Positions 40,430 through 57,643 of a stretch of DNA of 64,000 bases are shown here, in pieces; position 1 is the stretch's first letter; every line of letters starts with the position of its first letter. A program made the position numbers and the translations under genes. The DNA is from Octopus vulgaris (Eukaryota). The DNA lies in assembly GCA_951406725.2 (NCBI GenBank), contig OX597824.1, forward strand, positions 27,280,001 through 27,344,000. Reading direction: 5' to 3'. The notes beneath the pieces were generated by a model. That model ran no database searches. It saw only the letters and a list, made by a program, of their open reading frames with translations, and was not told the DNA's origin.

Positions 40430-41495
40430 TGTTGACATGATAACAACGTTTTTAAACATTCGAGAGAAGGTGAAATAATTCATTTTAAAATTCTCGAGGT
40501 AAATTTCTCCTATGAATAAGAGATTTCAGCAGCTGCTAGTCACGTGTGATATCTTCCAGGGAAATATGGCAGAATATATATCTTTCGGTTGCATTTTGGA
40601 GAACAACGGAATTCTCTGTCTAATTTTTTTGTTTGTTTTTATCTGTTAGATATCTCTTAGCAATCTCCTGTTCTTTGACGGGATTGCAAATGCATATATT
40701 TCGAAGTGTGATGTGATGCAACGGTCACGAGTCCAAGACACGCCGGAGCTTCATGTCGATCTTACTGTGTTCTTGAAGTCTTCGGGAAACACACTCTGTA
40801 TGTATGTATGTATGTATGTATGTATGTATGTATGTATGTATGTGTGTGTGTATGTATGTATGTATGTATGTATGTATGTATGTGTGTATGTATGTATGCA
40901 TGTATGTATGTATGTATGTATGTATGTATGTATGTATGTGTGTATGTATGTATGCATGTATGTATGTATGTGTATGTATGTATGTATGTATGTATGTGTG
41001 TATGTATGTATGTATGTATGTATGTATGTATGGCGTGTGTATGTGTGCGTGCGTGTGTGTGTATGTGTGGGTGGGTGTGGTTGTACTTGTGTTATTGCGT
41101 CCTCGTCACTGTTGACAACAAGAGCTGGTTTGTTTACATTTCCATAGCAGAGTTGTCGGGCAAAACAGACCGATATGATACGTCCCAGACTTAACAGAAA
41201 AATGAGTACAAGAGTCGATTTGATCGACTAAACAATTGTAGTAAGTGCCCCAGCATGGCTGCAACCCAATGTCTAAATACAGGTAGAAGATAAAACTAAT
41301 TCGATGACCGGATCCTCGATAAGCATACTGTATTAGAAGGCGAAAGGCTGTAATATTCATTCACGTGGTATACACTGATGTTCAGTGATCGTAGGGGGAG
41401 ATAATGACTTCTAGATCAAGTTTTAATGCGGGATTGGAAGTCTGAAATTTAAGTCAAAGTGTAATAAAGAAGGTGTGCAGAATATACACATTTAA

Positions 41496-42120
41496 TATGG
41501 CGTTGAGTCAAAAGTTTTGCAATATTTTGGTAATTTATTTGCTTTATTCATCAAGTTACAACTAAAGAATTGAAAGTAGGCGCCATCATGCTGCACCGTC
41601 TGAAGCCGCCATTTTGCCATTTCTCTGATCCTACGCTGATACCAGTTCTTACCGTTCGAGGCGAAGAACTCTCTCACTGAAGCTTCCATCACCTCTTAGT
41701 TGATGAAGCGTCACAAGCGCAGGAAATGAGTCATGGGGCAGAACAAGCAATAGTACGAGGTAGCTGGTTCCGGTCTCGATGTGCCGCAAGTTAGTTTACC
41801 TTAAGACTCTGGAGTTTATTCCAGATCGTTCGAGAGGTATGAGGTTTTCTATTGGCTTGCTGCAGAAGAGCTCGCTTTCTGTTAACCAATGCTGGGTATT
41901 TTTGCCGCACGGTGGCATATATCTGCTCCAGCTGTCGGGATTGCAGGTTGGCATCGATGCTTCACCCGTCCGGAGCGAACTCGCGATGGATTGTCTCCTC
42001 GTAATTATACCAGTTGTTGTGCAGCACCTTGTATTCGAAACGCTCATGTTTGGTGATAGGTTCCGGAAGCCGGTCCTTGTTTAACTACTGCTTATGTACG
42101 TTAGGGTTGTAGAAAAATAT
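41496..42120 (-). mobile_element. Decayed mariner transposon, C-terminal half of transposase plus right end
   Basis: IFFYNPNVHKQ*LNKDRLPEP..KVLHNNWYNYEETIHREF..QQANRKPHT..YYCLFCPMTHFL..VREFFASNGKNWYQRRIREMAKWRLQTVQHDGAYF corresponds to the mariner WW, DNA.PH and DYHLF blocks. Confidence 0.85.
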
Positions 42121-42149
42121 CTCCCTCAGATTATTGTTTTTTTTTCTGA

Positions 42150-42331
42150 ACCATGAAGGAATTCTTTGCTTCGAAGGCCAAAAAGTGGTATCAGCATGGT
42201 ATCAAAGAACTGGTAGAAAGATGGCTTCAAACATTGCAACATGATGGCCTCTACTTCGAATATAGATCTCTTTTGTAGGAACTTGACGAATAAAGCAAAT
42301 AAGTTACCAAAATATTGCACACACCTTTGAC
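42150..42331 (+). mobile_element. Second mariner right-end fragment in opposite orientation
   Basis: MKEFFASKAKKWYQHGIKELVERWLQTLQHDGLYFEY, then aataaagcaaataagttaccaaaatattgca, which mirrors 41518-41548. Confidence 0.85.
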
Positions 42332-42678
42332 CTTTGAACACAATAATTCTTTCTTCAGATACATTATAAAGATCTTAAAATTTGCAGTCGTTAGCAGCGA
42401 TGTATAGCGCCATTTCGTCCTTATTTGAAATCATCACGGGATATTCATCATTGAACTGCATTTAATCATAGGTCAGCAGAAAGTATGTGACCAAGGGTTA
42501 CATAACTCCGTCAGCGGCAAGAAGACTACTACCGCTGTTTCCTGGCAGGATTTGAATTGAGAATAACAGGAGTGAATGGATAACAAAATAAATATTGAGA
42601 ATCACTTAATTTGTTATTCCATTATTCCTATCAACCCACTCGTCCAACGTGTTTATGAAATGATTAACTAGATTCACA

Positions 42679-45520
<2,842 letters not shown>

Positions 45521-46099
45521 CTATCAGACAGAGGCGCATATGTATATATTCTAAGATTTATAAAAAAAAGACAAACGAACTTAGAAAGTGGGGTCTCTTA
45601 TAAAATTTACGTATTAATAGTTAGTAAAATGTTTTCAGAGATATTCAGATGAAGACACGAACACAACAATAGGTTCAAACATCTTATTGTTTGATGTTCT
45701 CATTATATTTAATGGCATTTGATGCCGATGTATTGCAGTATGGCATATCACCTGCAGTTATAAATGCAACTGCATTACATCTATTATATGCGATGTTCCT
45801 CCGTAGTGGAAATTTCAATGTGTTTAGGAAATGGCGGCGATGTCTCTACGTCTCAAATCAATTCCTTGATTATTGCTGTTGTTGTTGCTGCTCGGTAAAT
45901 TGAGAGAATCGTTAGAGAAGTGGCATAAAGAAATTGCTGTATATTCGCCTCACTTTACTTTTTGAACTGAGTTCAAATATCACTAAGATAATTTTTTTAT
46001 TTCACTTATTAAGTCGTAGGTTATGTTATGAGCCTCCTTCTCATAAGTCGTGATATTTATCTCGGCTTCTTATAGGTTATAACCGACCGCATTTAGAAT

Positions 46100-46556
46100 A
46101 CATTCCGCTTTAGGAGACATCAATCTGTCGTTTGATTATTTGATTAACTTTGCCTGGTATACAAAACGAGCAAAACGTCCCCCCCTCCATGTCCAATGGA
46201 CGGTGCTGAGTTGTCAAAATTTAAACCCAATTTTTTCAAAACAACTTGTCTGACCGTCCCATAGACCTCCCTTTTGAGAAACAATGATTTGATCTAAATT
46301 TGAGACACCAGCAAAAGAAGAAATAAAGATAGTCTTTTTTCTATTCCAAGAAAAACGATTTTACAAATGCACGTTCCCATGGCTTTATCGATCGCATTCT
46401 CACCTGGAATCGATTTTTGTATTTTTTTCAAGACTTATACACGCCCTGATACCGTCGGTATCGACATATGAAATTTGAGCGCAATCGGATGCAGGATGCC
46501 CGAGATCCTAGAAGACACACACACACAGACAGACAGAACGGATTTTATATAATAGA
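46100..46556 (-). mobile_element. Non-autonomous Helitron-like element, 5' end
   Basis: Minus strand starts A|TCTATTATATAAAATCCGTTCTGTCTGTCTG (A-TC start, AT-rich leader, then (CTGT)n); no 3' CTRR end identified, so the left boundary is uncertain. Confidence 0.5.
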
Positions 46557-46659
46557 TGATGCTTTGTAAGTTAATCGAAGTCACGACTTTAAGTTAACGA
46601 GTCTAACATCCTTACAACTTGGCCGCTGGCCATTAGAGGTTCGGTAAGTAAATCAGGGA

Positions 46660-46900
46660 AGGCAGGTGGCTGAGGAATTGTGGTGTTAGAATCACATTCG
46701 TAAAATCGTGGTCTCAATTTCAAGTCCAGACAGTGCGTTACGTTATTGAGCAAAACACTTCATTTTACTTTGCTGCAGTCCACTCAGCTGTAAATTAATT
46801 CCAGCATAGATGGGAAGTTAACCCTGCAATGGACTGGCGTCCCATTCGGGGGAAGTGTTGTAATCTCAGTCATTTATACGCTATGAAGACTGAGTTAAAA
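46660..46900 (+). mobile_element. SINE family C variant, diverged
   Basis: ttgagcaaaacactt...gtccactcagctgtaaat...ccctgcaatggactggcgtcccattc. Confidence 0.6.
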
Positions 46901-46980
46901 TATGTGTCGGTGTAATTTTGCATACATGTATGTATAAGTGTGTGTGTGTGTTTGTGCGTGTGTATATATATATATATATT

Positions 46981-47212
46981 ATTTCTTTATTGCCCACAAG
47001 GGGCTAAACATAGAAGGGACAAACAAGGACAGACAAAGGAATTAAGTCGATTACATCGACCCCAGTGCATAACTGGTACTTAATTGATCGACCCCAAAAG
47101 GATGAAAGGCAAAGTCGAGCTCGGCGGAATTTGAACTCAGAACGTAACGGCAGACAAAATACCGCTAGGCATTTCGCCCGGTGTGCTAACGTTTCTGCCA
47201 GCTCACCGCCTT
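46981..47212 (-). mobile_element. SINE family B monomer, full length
   Basis: Head AAGGCGGTGAGCTGGCAGAAAC, tail AGCCCCTTGTGGGCAATAAAGAAAT abutting (TA)n. Confidence 0.9.
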
Positions 47213-47943
47213 AAAGAAAGGTTATATTAGAAAATATATTTCTGGATACATTGTTTGAAAGTAAGTTGGAATGGTCATGGCTGGAACACGCGTATCATAG
47301 GTCTATTAGATGAGAGCTGAAATGGAGTTAAAGAGTAAAGCTAGGATAAATGAGATAAAACTGAAATGGTCTACGTGTGATATTCAATACAACATCGTAG
47401 TTTGAAGACCTATAAGGAAGAATTCTTACACATTGCATACATATGTATGCATGTATGTATGTATTTATGTATGTATGTATGTATGTATGTATGTATGTAT
47501 GCATGTATGTATGTATGTGTGTATGAAATTGTTGGTAGGTATGTATGTATTGACCAAAAGCCACAAACATACAATCGTATTTCTATACGTGACGTAAACA
47601 CATACGCAGATATAAAAATTCGTACGTAATAGGCCACGTAGACACACGTATACATATATACATATATTTATACATGCATATGTACACGCAGGTTGACACA
47701 CAAATACATAATCTCTCGCTCTCTCTCACTATGTTTTCATCAGTCAAGCGCTTCCTCCTTCGCCGCGTATTTAAACATATACATATGTATGTATGCATGT
47801 ATGGATTATGTAAGCATGTATATATACATATAAATACAGATTTATATATATGTATATGTATGTAAAAGAGAGAGAGAGAGAGAGAGGGGAGAGAGAGAGA
47901 GGGGGAGAGAGAGAGAGAGGGAGAGAGAGAGACAAACAGATAA

Positions 47944-47974
<31 letters not shown>

Positions 47975-48488
47975 TACGAATGCTTAAAAATGTTCATTCA
48001 TGTTTACGAATACACAAATAGTAACATATAGATAGATATGTGCGTATATGTGTGCGTTTGTGTGTGTTTGTATATATTTATATATATATATATATACACA
48101 CATATGTAAGTACATAAATACATACACACTCACACACTCACACACACACACACATATATATATATATAGCTCCATTTACATATATATATATATATGCATG
48201 TCGAAATATTTTCACCTCTGCACAAACCTCGTCTCTCATCACAGTTTCTCACGGTCAGAGACAGCCCTGCTCTCACATTTAACTACGTGACACAGTCAGC
48301 CAGCTAAACACGGACAGTGACGCTACACATAAACAAACAACATAGACATTGGGTCCACCCACCTCACAAACACCAACAACACCTTCATTGTACAGAGATA
48401 ATTGTGGCAATACATGACGTAATCACGGTACGGCGGACATCTGTCTTCATCTGGCGGGTATATATGTAATTATACACATCACAACTCA

Positions 48489-48533
<45 letters not shown>

Positions 48534-48755
48534 ACACACACACACACACATACACACACACACACACACATATTGGTGGATATACGCGTGACTATATGCG
48601 TCTGCGTTAGTAGAAGCACTTGCACACACACACAAACACAAACACACACACACACATATATATATATATATGTATATACATACATACATACACACATACA
48701 TGTATATATTTATATATGTCTTTTTATATATGTATATAAATATATATATATTTAT

Positions 48756-48788
<33 letters not shown>

Positions 48789-48926
48789 CAATATATATAT
48801 ATGATATAATATGTATATATATATATATATATATACATATTATATCATATATATATATATATGTATATTATGTATATATATTGTATATATATATATATAC
48901 ACTATATATATATATATATATATATG

Positions 48927-48969
<43 letters not shown>

Positions 48970-49302
48970 TATATATAATATATTTACATGTATATATCCA
49001 TATGTGTGTGTGACAGTGAGAGAAAGATCATGGGCCTATGTCGTCTTGACTTTGTTTTGGTTCTGTTTTATTTTTTTTTTATAATTTTGGTTCCCTCTTT
49101 CAACTTCTTGCCTCACCCTGCCACACATATATACACACATATATATGCAATCTCACACATCATTATGCGCATATTGGAACTCTGTTTCTCTGACATATGT
49201 GTGAATGCGTGTGTCAGTGTGTCCATTGTTTTTCATGAGTGTATATGTGTTTTCCTGCGTATGTGCGTGCCTGTTTGTATCCATATCTGTATGCTTACGT
49301 AT

Positions 49303-49387
<85 letters not shown>

Positions 49388-49958
49388 TGAGTATATCTAC
49401 TCAAGTTTGGAATCAACTAATAAGGTGTCAGATAAAAGAGAATGGATGTATATGCAAAATATATTCATATATGCTTACCGTTATAATTTACATCTATGTA
49501 TATTGATACATGTATACAAACGACTGCATTGTATATATATATCTCTAACAACGTATATAGATATCCATCTATATCCGCCATATCTGTATACATGCATACA
49601 TACATATATACAAATACACACCACACACGAGCACACACACACACACATAGGGTCAGGCTAATAGTTCCTTGTTCACATCCTCATGCTTGTTTTTATTTGT
49701 TTATTTGAATTGACTATATATACGTATGTGTGTGTTGACTATATATATGTATGTATATGCATGTATATATATGCATATACATGCATACACATATACGTGT
49801 ATATATGTGTACGTAAGTGTGTGTGAGTTTATATATACATACATACATACATACATAGATAGATAGATATGTATGTATGTATATATATATATGTATGTAT
49901 ATATATAAATGCGCGCGTGTGTGTGTGCATGTGTGTATGTATTTCTGTGAGCTTGTGC

Positions 49959-50015
<57 letters not shown>

Positions 50016-50374
50016 TAAGCGCGTGCGTTCCTGCTTCCGTCTCTGCCGTCATGTCTGCCAAACGTGCCACTCCCATGAAAGGCGACGGTTGTTGCACAAA
50101 AGATGCTTTTTCAAAGACCGTCAGGACCTCACATACGGCGGCGACAGGAGGGTGTGGTACCAATTGCATTGATTGACAGTAAGGAACAGCAGTTGTAGCA
50201 AAAAGCATAGAATATTATTATTATTATTATTGTTGTCTGTTGGAGTGCAGCGATGGTTGCGTTGATGGTTGTTGAGGTGTTGGTGGTAGTTCTAGTGGTA
50301 GTCTTGGTAGTAGGGGAGGTGTTGTTAGTAGTTACTTCGGTAGTGGTTTTGTGGATGTAGTTAATAATAATTCA

Positions 50375-50415
<41 letters not shown>

Positions 50416-50814
50416 GGCGGTGCCCCAGCATGGCCACAGCTCATGAACTGAAACTGGAAAAATCAAAATAAAAAAAATGTAATATTAGTAGATGTCGTTT
50501 TGGTTCTTTTATTGTTTGAGCCTTTACTTGGACTGCGGCCATACTGGGGCACCGAATATTTAGCCGGAAGATTCGACCCCCAAGTCATGTCTTGTTTAAA
50601 TCTAGTACTTATTCTATCTGTCTGTCTTTTGCCGAAGCGCTAATGTTAAGGAGACGTAAACAAACCAATAACGGTTTTTAACCGGTGATGGGGGATAAAC
50701 GCTGACAAACATTCGCGCCACGCTCACACACACTCAAGCATATACATACATGCATACACACACATAAACACACACACGCACACAGGCACACACACACACA
50801 CACACACACATATA

Positions 50815-51211
50815 TAGGCGTAGGCTTGGCTGTGTGGTAAGTAGCTTGTTTCCCAAGCACATGGTTCTGGGTTCGGTCCCACTGCGTGACACCTGGGGCA
50901 AGTGTCTTCTCCTATAGCCTCGAGGCGACCAAAGCCTTGTGAGTGGATTTGGTAGACGGAAACTGAAAGAAGCCCGTCGTATATATGTGCGTGTGTGTGT
51001 GTATATTTGTGTGTTTGCGCTTGTCCCCACCCCCATCGCTTGCCGACCGATGCTGGAGTGTTTACGTCCCGTGGCTTAGCGGTTGGGCAAAAGAGACCGA
51101 AAAATAAGTACTTGGCTTACAAAGAATAAGTTCTGGGGTCGATTTGCTCGACTAAAGGTGGTGCCCCAGCATGACCGTAGGCAAATGACTGAAACAAACA
51201 AATGAATAAAA
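50815..51211 (+). mobile_element. SINE family A, full length, flanked by opposite-strand fragments (50500-50710, 51215-51335)
   Basis: Colinear with 8641-9065. Confidence 0.9.
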
Positions 51212-51611
51212 GTATATACAACGGTTCCTTTTAGCTTCCGTGTACCAAATCCACTCACATGGCACTTGCCCGAAATTTCCACTCAGTGGGACTGAACCCG
51301 GAATCCCGTGGTTCTGAAAGAAACTTCCTACCACACCGGTACGTCTGTGTTAGCAGCGGTTGCGGATATATTGGCAGTTGCAGTGATGTTTATAGATATA
51401 TTGGTGTTGACTGTGTTGGTGGTGGTTGTGTTGTTGGTGGTTGCATTCGTGGTGGTGGTTGAGTTAGTTTGTGCTAGTTACATTAGTTTTGATTGTGGCT
51501 TATATAGTGTAACATAGCATGATGCTGTTTGGTTTCACGGCTATGGTACTACTAATGGTTGTCTTGAATGTAGTTAGTCGTTGCGTTGATGATGGTTTTA
51601 GCATTGATGTG

Positions 51612-52262
51612 AAGGCAGTGAGCAGGCAGAGACATTAGCATGCCGAGCAAAATGCTTAGTGGCATTTCATACATCTTTACATTCTGAGTTCAAATTCTTC
51701 CTTGGTCGACATTGTCTTTCCTCATTTCGGGGTTGATAAAACAAGTACCAGTTGAGCACAAGGGTTGATGTAATCGACTAGCCCGCTTCCCTGAAATTTC
51801 TGGCCTTGTGCCAAAATTCAGGACCAATTTTCGGTGATGGCAGAATATTTAGCACACCAGCCAAAATACTTAGCGGCATTTTGTCCGTCTTTACGTTCTG
51901 AGTTCAAATTTTTCCTAGGTCGACATTGCCTTTCATCCTTTCAGGGTCGATAAAAAAGGTATCAGTTGAGCATCAGTGTCGATGTAATCGATTAACATCA
52001 ATTCCCGACGTTGCTGGCCTTGCATCGAAATTCAAAACCATTACTGGTTGATGTAACGTCAGTGAGAATTTTTAGCTCGCCGGATAAAATGCTTAGCGAC
52101 ATTTCATCCGTCTTTACGTTCTGAGTCGACATTCTGTCGGAGTCAACTTTGTCTTTCATCCTCCGGGATCGATAAAATAAGTACCAACTGAGCACTGGGA
52201 TCAATGTAGCCGACACAGCCCCTTCTTCGAAATTGCTGGTCTTATGTCAAAATTTGAAATCA
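51612..52262 (+). mobile_element. Three consecutive older SINE family B copies
   Basis: Repeated ttacgttctgagt..gtcgac/gtcaac..tttcatcc cores and aaatt(c/t)(a/g)aaa tails. Confidence 0.8.
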
Positions 52263-52629
52263 CTACTGGTTGACGTGATATTGGTGATTGTGACTTTGAC
52301 CGAAGTATTGGCGGTAGAGTTGGTGGTAGCCGTGCCATTGTTGATTATGATGGTTACTGTTTCATTCTTTAATCCCAAATTAGTACTAATCATGCATGTG
52401 ATTCTTCCCAAAAGAGCATCCAGTGTATTTGTACCAGCGACGGTTACACGTCGTTTCTGAGACGACAAGTTATGCTACAAACGTGATCTGGTTGATATTT
52501 CTAGCGGATCAAATTATTACGTGGTGGTCTTTGCAATGATGATGCTTAACGTGATGTTACAGCATTTTTTTTTTTTTGTCTAGTTACACTTAAATCATGA
52601 TTCAGCAGGCGCGCCAGCCGTGAACATTT

Positions 52630-53045
52630 CTCTTTTACTCTTTTACTTGTTTTACTTGCGGCCATGCTGGAGCACCGCCTTTTTAAGTCGAGCAAATCGA
52701 CCTCAGACCTTATTCTTTGTCAGCCTAGTACTTATTATATCGAGGTCTTTTGCCGAACCGCTAAGTTACGGGAACGTAAACACACCAGCATCAGTTGTCA
52801 AGCGATGTTGGAGGGAAAAACACAGACATACAAACATACACACACACACATACTTATATATATATACATATATAAATACATACATATATACGACGGACTT
52901 CTTTCAGTTTCCGTCTACCAAATCCACTCACAAGGCTTTGGTCGGCCCGAGGCTATAGTAGAAGACACTTGCTCAAGGTGCGACACAGTGGGACTGAACC
53001 CGGAACTATGTGGTTGGTAAGCAAGCTACTTACCACACAGCCACT
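52630..53045 (-). mobile_element. SINE family A, full length
   Basis: Reverse complement of 8641-9065. Confidence 0.9.
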
Positions 53046-53704
53046 CGTCAAATTCTAATTATTTAAGATTACATAAAATCTCATTGCAACTTTAATTCGG
53101 TACAATATGATATGAAGACGACTTTGTCCCTATTTCTAGCATATTCAGCGACTATATAGAGGATCTATAATCGTTATTTATATCGGTGGTGATGGTCACA
53201 GACAGCTTGGTAGTGATGTAAGTTGAGTCTTTAGTGTAGCTGTGGGTCATGATGGTTATTGATGTCGGTTACGCAAGATTAGAGATGATGGCGGTGGTGG
53301 CGACGCACTTCAGGCAGTGATGGTGATATTGGTATCGGTGGTGGTGGTTGTGGTTGTGGCTGATGGTGATGATGACTGTGGCGGTAGTGGTGATGTTGGT
53401 GATTGTAATAGCGTTGTTGTTGTTGGTGGTGGTGGTGATGATTGTGTTAATGATTGTTGATGTGGTAGTGGTGACGGTGGTGGTGGTGGTGGTAATGATT
53501 GCTGATGTGGTAGTTGTGATGGTGGCGGTGGCGGTGGTAGTGACGTATGCTTTTGCAATATTGGCGGTTTTCGTGTCGATGTCAGCTGCGACGGAGGAGG
53601 TCTTTGAGGTAGCGGCAGTGACGATAGCATCGGCTGCAGTGGTGGCAGAGGTGACAATAGTGCTGATGTGCTAGTGGTAGTGGTGGTGGTTGTAGTGATG
53701 GTGG

Positions 53705-54412
53705 TGGTAGCGATGGTGGTGGGGGGACACGATACTTTCTTAGTAGTGGTGGTGGTGGTGGTGGTGGTGGTAGCGATGGTGGGGGGGACAACGATGCTTT
53801 CTTAGTAGTGGTGGTGGTGGTGGTGGTGGTAGCGATGGTGGGGGGGGCAACGATGCTTTCTTAGTAGTGGTGGTGGTAGCGATGGGGGGGGGGAACGATG
53901 CGTTCTTAGTGGTGATGGTGGTGGAAGTGGTAGCGATGGTGGTGGGGGGCAACGATGCTTTCTTAGTGGTGGTGGTGGTAGTAGTGGTAGCGATGGTGGT
54001 GGGGGGCAACGATGCTTTCTTAGTAGTGGTGGTGGTGGTGGTAGCGATGGTGGGGCGGCAATGATGCTTTCTTAGTAGTGGTGGTGGTGGTGGTGGTGGT
54101 GGTGGTGGTAGCGATGGTGGGGGGGCAACGATGCTTTCTTAGTAGTGGTGGTGGTGGTGGTAGTGGTAGCGATGGTGGGGGGCAACGATGCTTTCTTAGT
54201 AGTGATGGTGGTGGTGGTGGTAGTGGTAGCGATGGTGGGGGGAGCAACGATGCTTTCTTAGTAGTGGTGGTGGTGGTGGTAGCGATGGTGGGGGGGACGA
54301 TGCGTTCTTAGTAGTGGTGGTGGTGATGGTGGTGGTAGCGATGGTGGGGGACACGATGCTTTCTTAGTAGTGGTGGTGGTGGGGGGCAACGATTCTTTAC
54401 TTAGTGGTGGTG
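53705..54412. repeat. Minisatellite: 13 copies of TAGCGATGGT(G)nCAACGATGCTTTCTTAGTAGT separated by variable (GGT)n
   Basis: Core acgatgctttcttagt (with variants) at ~53729, 53791, 53850, 53895, 53952, 54009, 54061, 54128, 54185, 54247, 54297, 54353, 54389. Confidence 0.95.
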
Positions 54413-54591
54413 GTCGCGGTGCTGGCGGCCATGACGATTGCTAGTGTCGGCGTTGATAATATTGGAGCGAAATGTCTGAGACAAGACATGAGCTAGCCAA
54501 ATCAGCTGTGAGATCGTCTCGTCACAAGAGGCGAGCCAGTCCCGCTGGCGGCATTACCACCACCACCACCACCACCACCACCACCACCACC

Positions 54592-54649
<58 letters not shown>

Positions 54650-55473
54650 GCGCAAATGCTGTCACTGCTGTATATATTGTTGCTGTTGTTGTTGTTATTG
54701 TTGTGGCTGTTGTTCTGGCTTATCTAAATATTGCTAATGATGTCAGCACTACTTTCTAAGACAGTTGGCATGGCTGTTAGACTTTTGGCATAATTTTTAT
54801 TGTGACTGCTAACGTTTTTTTTTGTTTTGTTACTTTTGGACAGATACTTGTTGTTATTGTTGTTCTTATTGTTATTGGAATTGCTCACGTTGTTGTTGCT
54901 GTTGTTGTTGCTGTTGTTGTTATTGGTGTCGTTTTTGTTGTTAGTTTCTTGTTTGATTCAATGTTCAGGGCTAAAATAATAATAAAACCTAAATAAATGA
55001 AAAAAAAAAAGAATTGATTTGTTTTGGTTAAGGCCGTTTGTAAAGAGATTGTAGTTTATATCAAACTGCAGTATGTCTGGTTTATTATACACACACACAC
55101 ATACACATACACACACACATACACATACACACACATTCACCCCCCCACACACACACACATGACACATGCACATACGCATATACGCATACATAGGGGCAGG
55201 CACGACTGTGCGGCAAAGAAGTTCGGCTGAAAATCGTGAGGTTTTGAGTTCGGTCCCCCAATGCTAAGCAACATGCACAAGTGTCTTATGCAATAACTTT
55301 TGGCCAACCAACGCATTGTGAAGAAATTTGGTTGACGGAAAGTGTGTAGAAGTTCTTGAATCTTACATACACGCACACATACACACTCGTATGCACACAC
55401 AATCACGCACGCATAAAGAAATGCACGCACACACAAATTCATGCACTCACACACATACACTCATTCACTCACA

Positions 55474-55532
<59 letters not shown>

Positions 55533-55707
55533 ATATCTATCTATCTATCTATCTGTCTGTCTGTCTGTCAGTCTATATTAATATATATATATATATATGT
55601 GTGTGTGTATGTGTGTGTGTGTGTGTGTGTGGTAGAGAGAGAGAGAGAGAGAGAGAGATAAAACTAACTTGGAAATGGATGCATGGCGTTCAGTCATATA
55701 AAAATAT

Positions 55708-55781
<74 letters not shown>

Positions 55782-56350
55782 TCTATATATATATAGACAT
55801 ATATGTACATTTAATATATATGTATATACATATGCATATATGGGCACGCACAAGACGTCATAGAACATAAACAACGTGAAATACGAAATACGAAAACATG
55901 GAATACGAACTTTTTCTGTGAAATAAAAAAGAAACAAATGGAAAACAAGAAAAGCAACATAAAAAGCGATCCATCATCAGTTGTCGGCTGTTTTTCTACT
56001 CCGTATTTCGAGCAATTACTTCGAGAAAAGTATTTTACAGTATTCTTTTACCACTTTTAGTCGTTAGACTGCGGACATGCTGGAGCATTGCTTTCAAGAA
56101 TTTATAGTCGAATGTATCGATCCCAGTACTATTTTTAAAATCCAGGTGCTTATTCTGTCAATATCTTTCGCCGAAACGCTATGTCACGGGGACAAAAACA
56201 CACCGGTACTGGTTGTCGAGCGGTGGAGCGGGGGACAAACACAGACACGCATACATAGATATGTATATATATTCTCTAGTATATAACATACTCACAAACA
56301 CACACTCACATGCACACATGCGCACACAAGCGCACACACGCGCACACATC

Positions 56351-56490
<140 letters not shown>

Positions 56491-56562
56491 ATGTGACCGC
56501 GTGTGTATCGTTGGCGATTTTCTTTCTTCGTCTTCCCTTCCTTGGACCTTTCCTTTTTCTAA

Positions 56563-56596
56563 ATTTCTGACGAAGATCACCGCTCGAAACGTTAAA
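56563..56596 (+). ncRNA. Degenerate minimal hammerhead motif in a Penelope-like terminal fragment
   Basis: AUUU-CUGACGA-AGAUCACCGCUC-GAAAC-GUU-AAAU; stem II has a mismatch and the triplet is non-optimal. Confidence 0.45.
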
Positions 56597-56791
56597 TGCT
56601 CCTTCTTTCTTTCCTTTCCCGAGCTTCCAATAAAACTATACTTGTTCCACGTCCTCGCATTGTTGTGCTTTCTCTTTGTTCATGTTTGGACTAGCTATAT
56701 TTATATCTATCTATATCTATAACTATCTCTATCTATCTATCTATCTATCTATCCATCTATCTATTTAAAGCAGCAGAATATTCAACAAAAC

Positions 56792-56829
56792 CTGTTACTC
56801 TGAGTTTCCCGTTGCCGTTCATCGGACAG
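56792..56829 (-). ncRNA. Minimal type I hammerhead motif with one core substitution
   Basis: CUGU-CCGAUGA-ACGGCAACGG-GAAAC-UCAGA-GUA-ACAG; CCGAUGA instead of CUGAUGA. Confidence 0.55.
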
Positions 56830-57050
56830 TTTTTCCACCTTGGTTCGTTTCACATTTATATGTTTACTCCGGTATATATATATATATATAATAGTGTACA
56901 TTTAAACACAAGAGAAACTACCTTTAACAGGCTGTTTTACACGCTAGAAGAAGCAGCCAAAACGAGCAAAACCACTTTTAAGATCAATTTCGAAGGGAAT
57001 GAAAAATAAAACTTTTACCTTGTTATTTTTTTTAGCTTGTCATTTTCATA

Positions 57051-57131
<81 letters not shown>

Positions 57132-57598
57132 ATCACAGAGCAAACATATAGAACCGACAGCCAACAACGAAACTCGACGACGACCGCACCATACGGCAAG
57201 AACCATGTCGCAACAACCTGGAAGTATGCCCATTGCGATTAGCCTCGTTATGGATGTCATTAAAACGCCATCAGCACTTGAATTCTGATCAAAATCGTTC
57301 AGATGGCTTGTTAAGTATCTTTACTAACGAGAGCCGCCGATCTGTGTGAAACAAGTGACTCCTTATTAACAAAGTTGCTATCATAAGACATCAGCGTTCT
57401 ACTATTAGATTAGGTGTCTTGTTAGGAAGTTTTTTCTTCTCCTTTTTTATTTTACTTTCCGTTTTTTTTTGTTTTGTTATTTTGTTATATTTGCTTTATT
57501 TTTATTATTGGACGTTTTTCTCCGTATAGGTTCTCATACGTGTGTCTATACTGGTTCGTTCCGTTTGTATGTGTAAATGTGTCTATATATATATATGT

Positions 57599-57643
<45 letters not shown>

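Noticed and set aside
52350-52455. Possible minus-strand exon KRRVTVAGTNTLDALLGRITCMISTNLGLKNET
   Set aside because: Weak donor (gtaacc), no recognisable homology, other phases closed; insufficient support
53705-54412. CRISPR-like repeat-spacer appearance
   Set aside because: Spacers are low-complexity (GGT)n of variable length, the context is eukaryotic and there are no cas genes; it is a minisatellite
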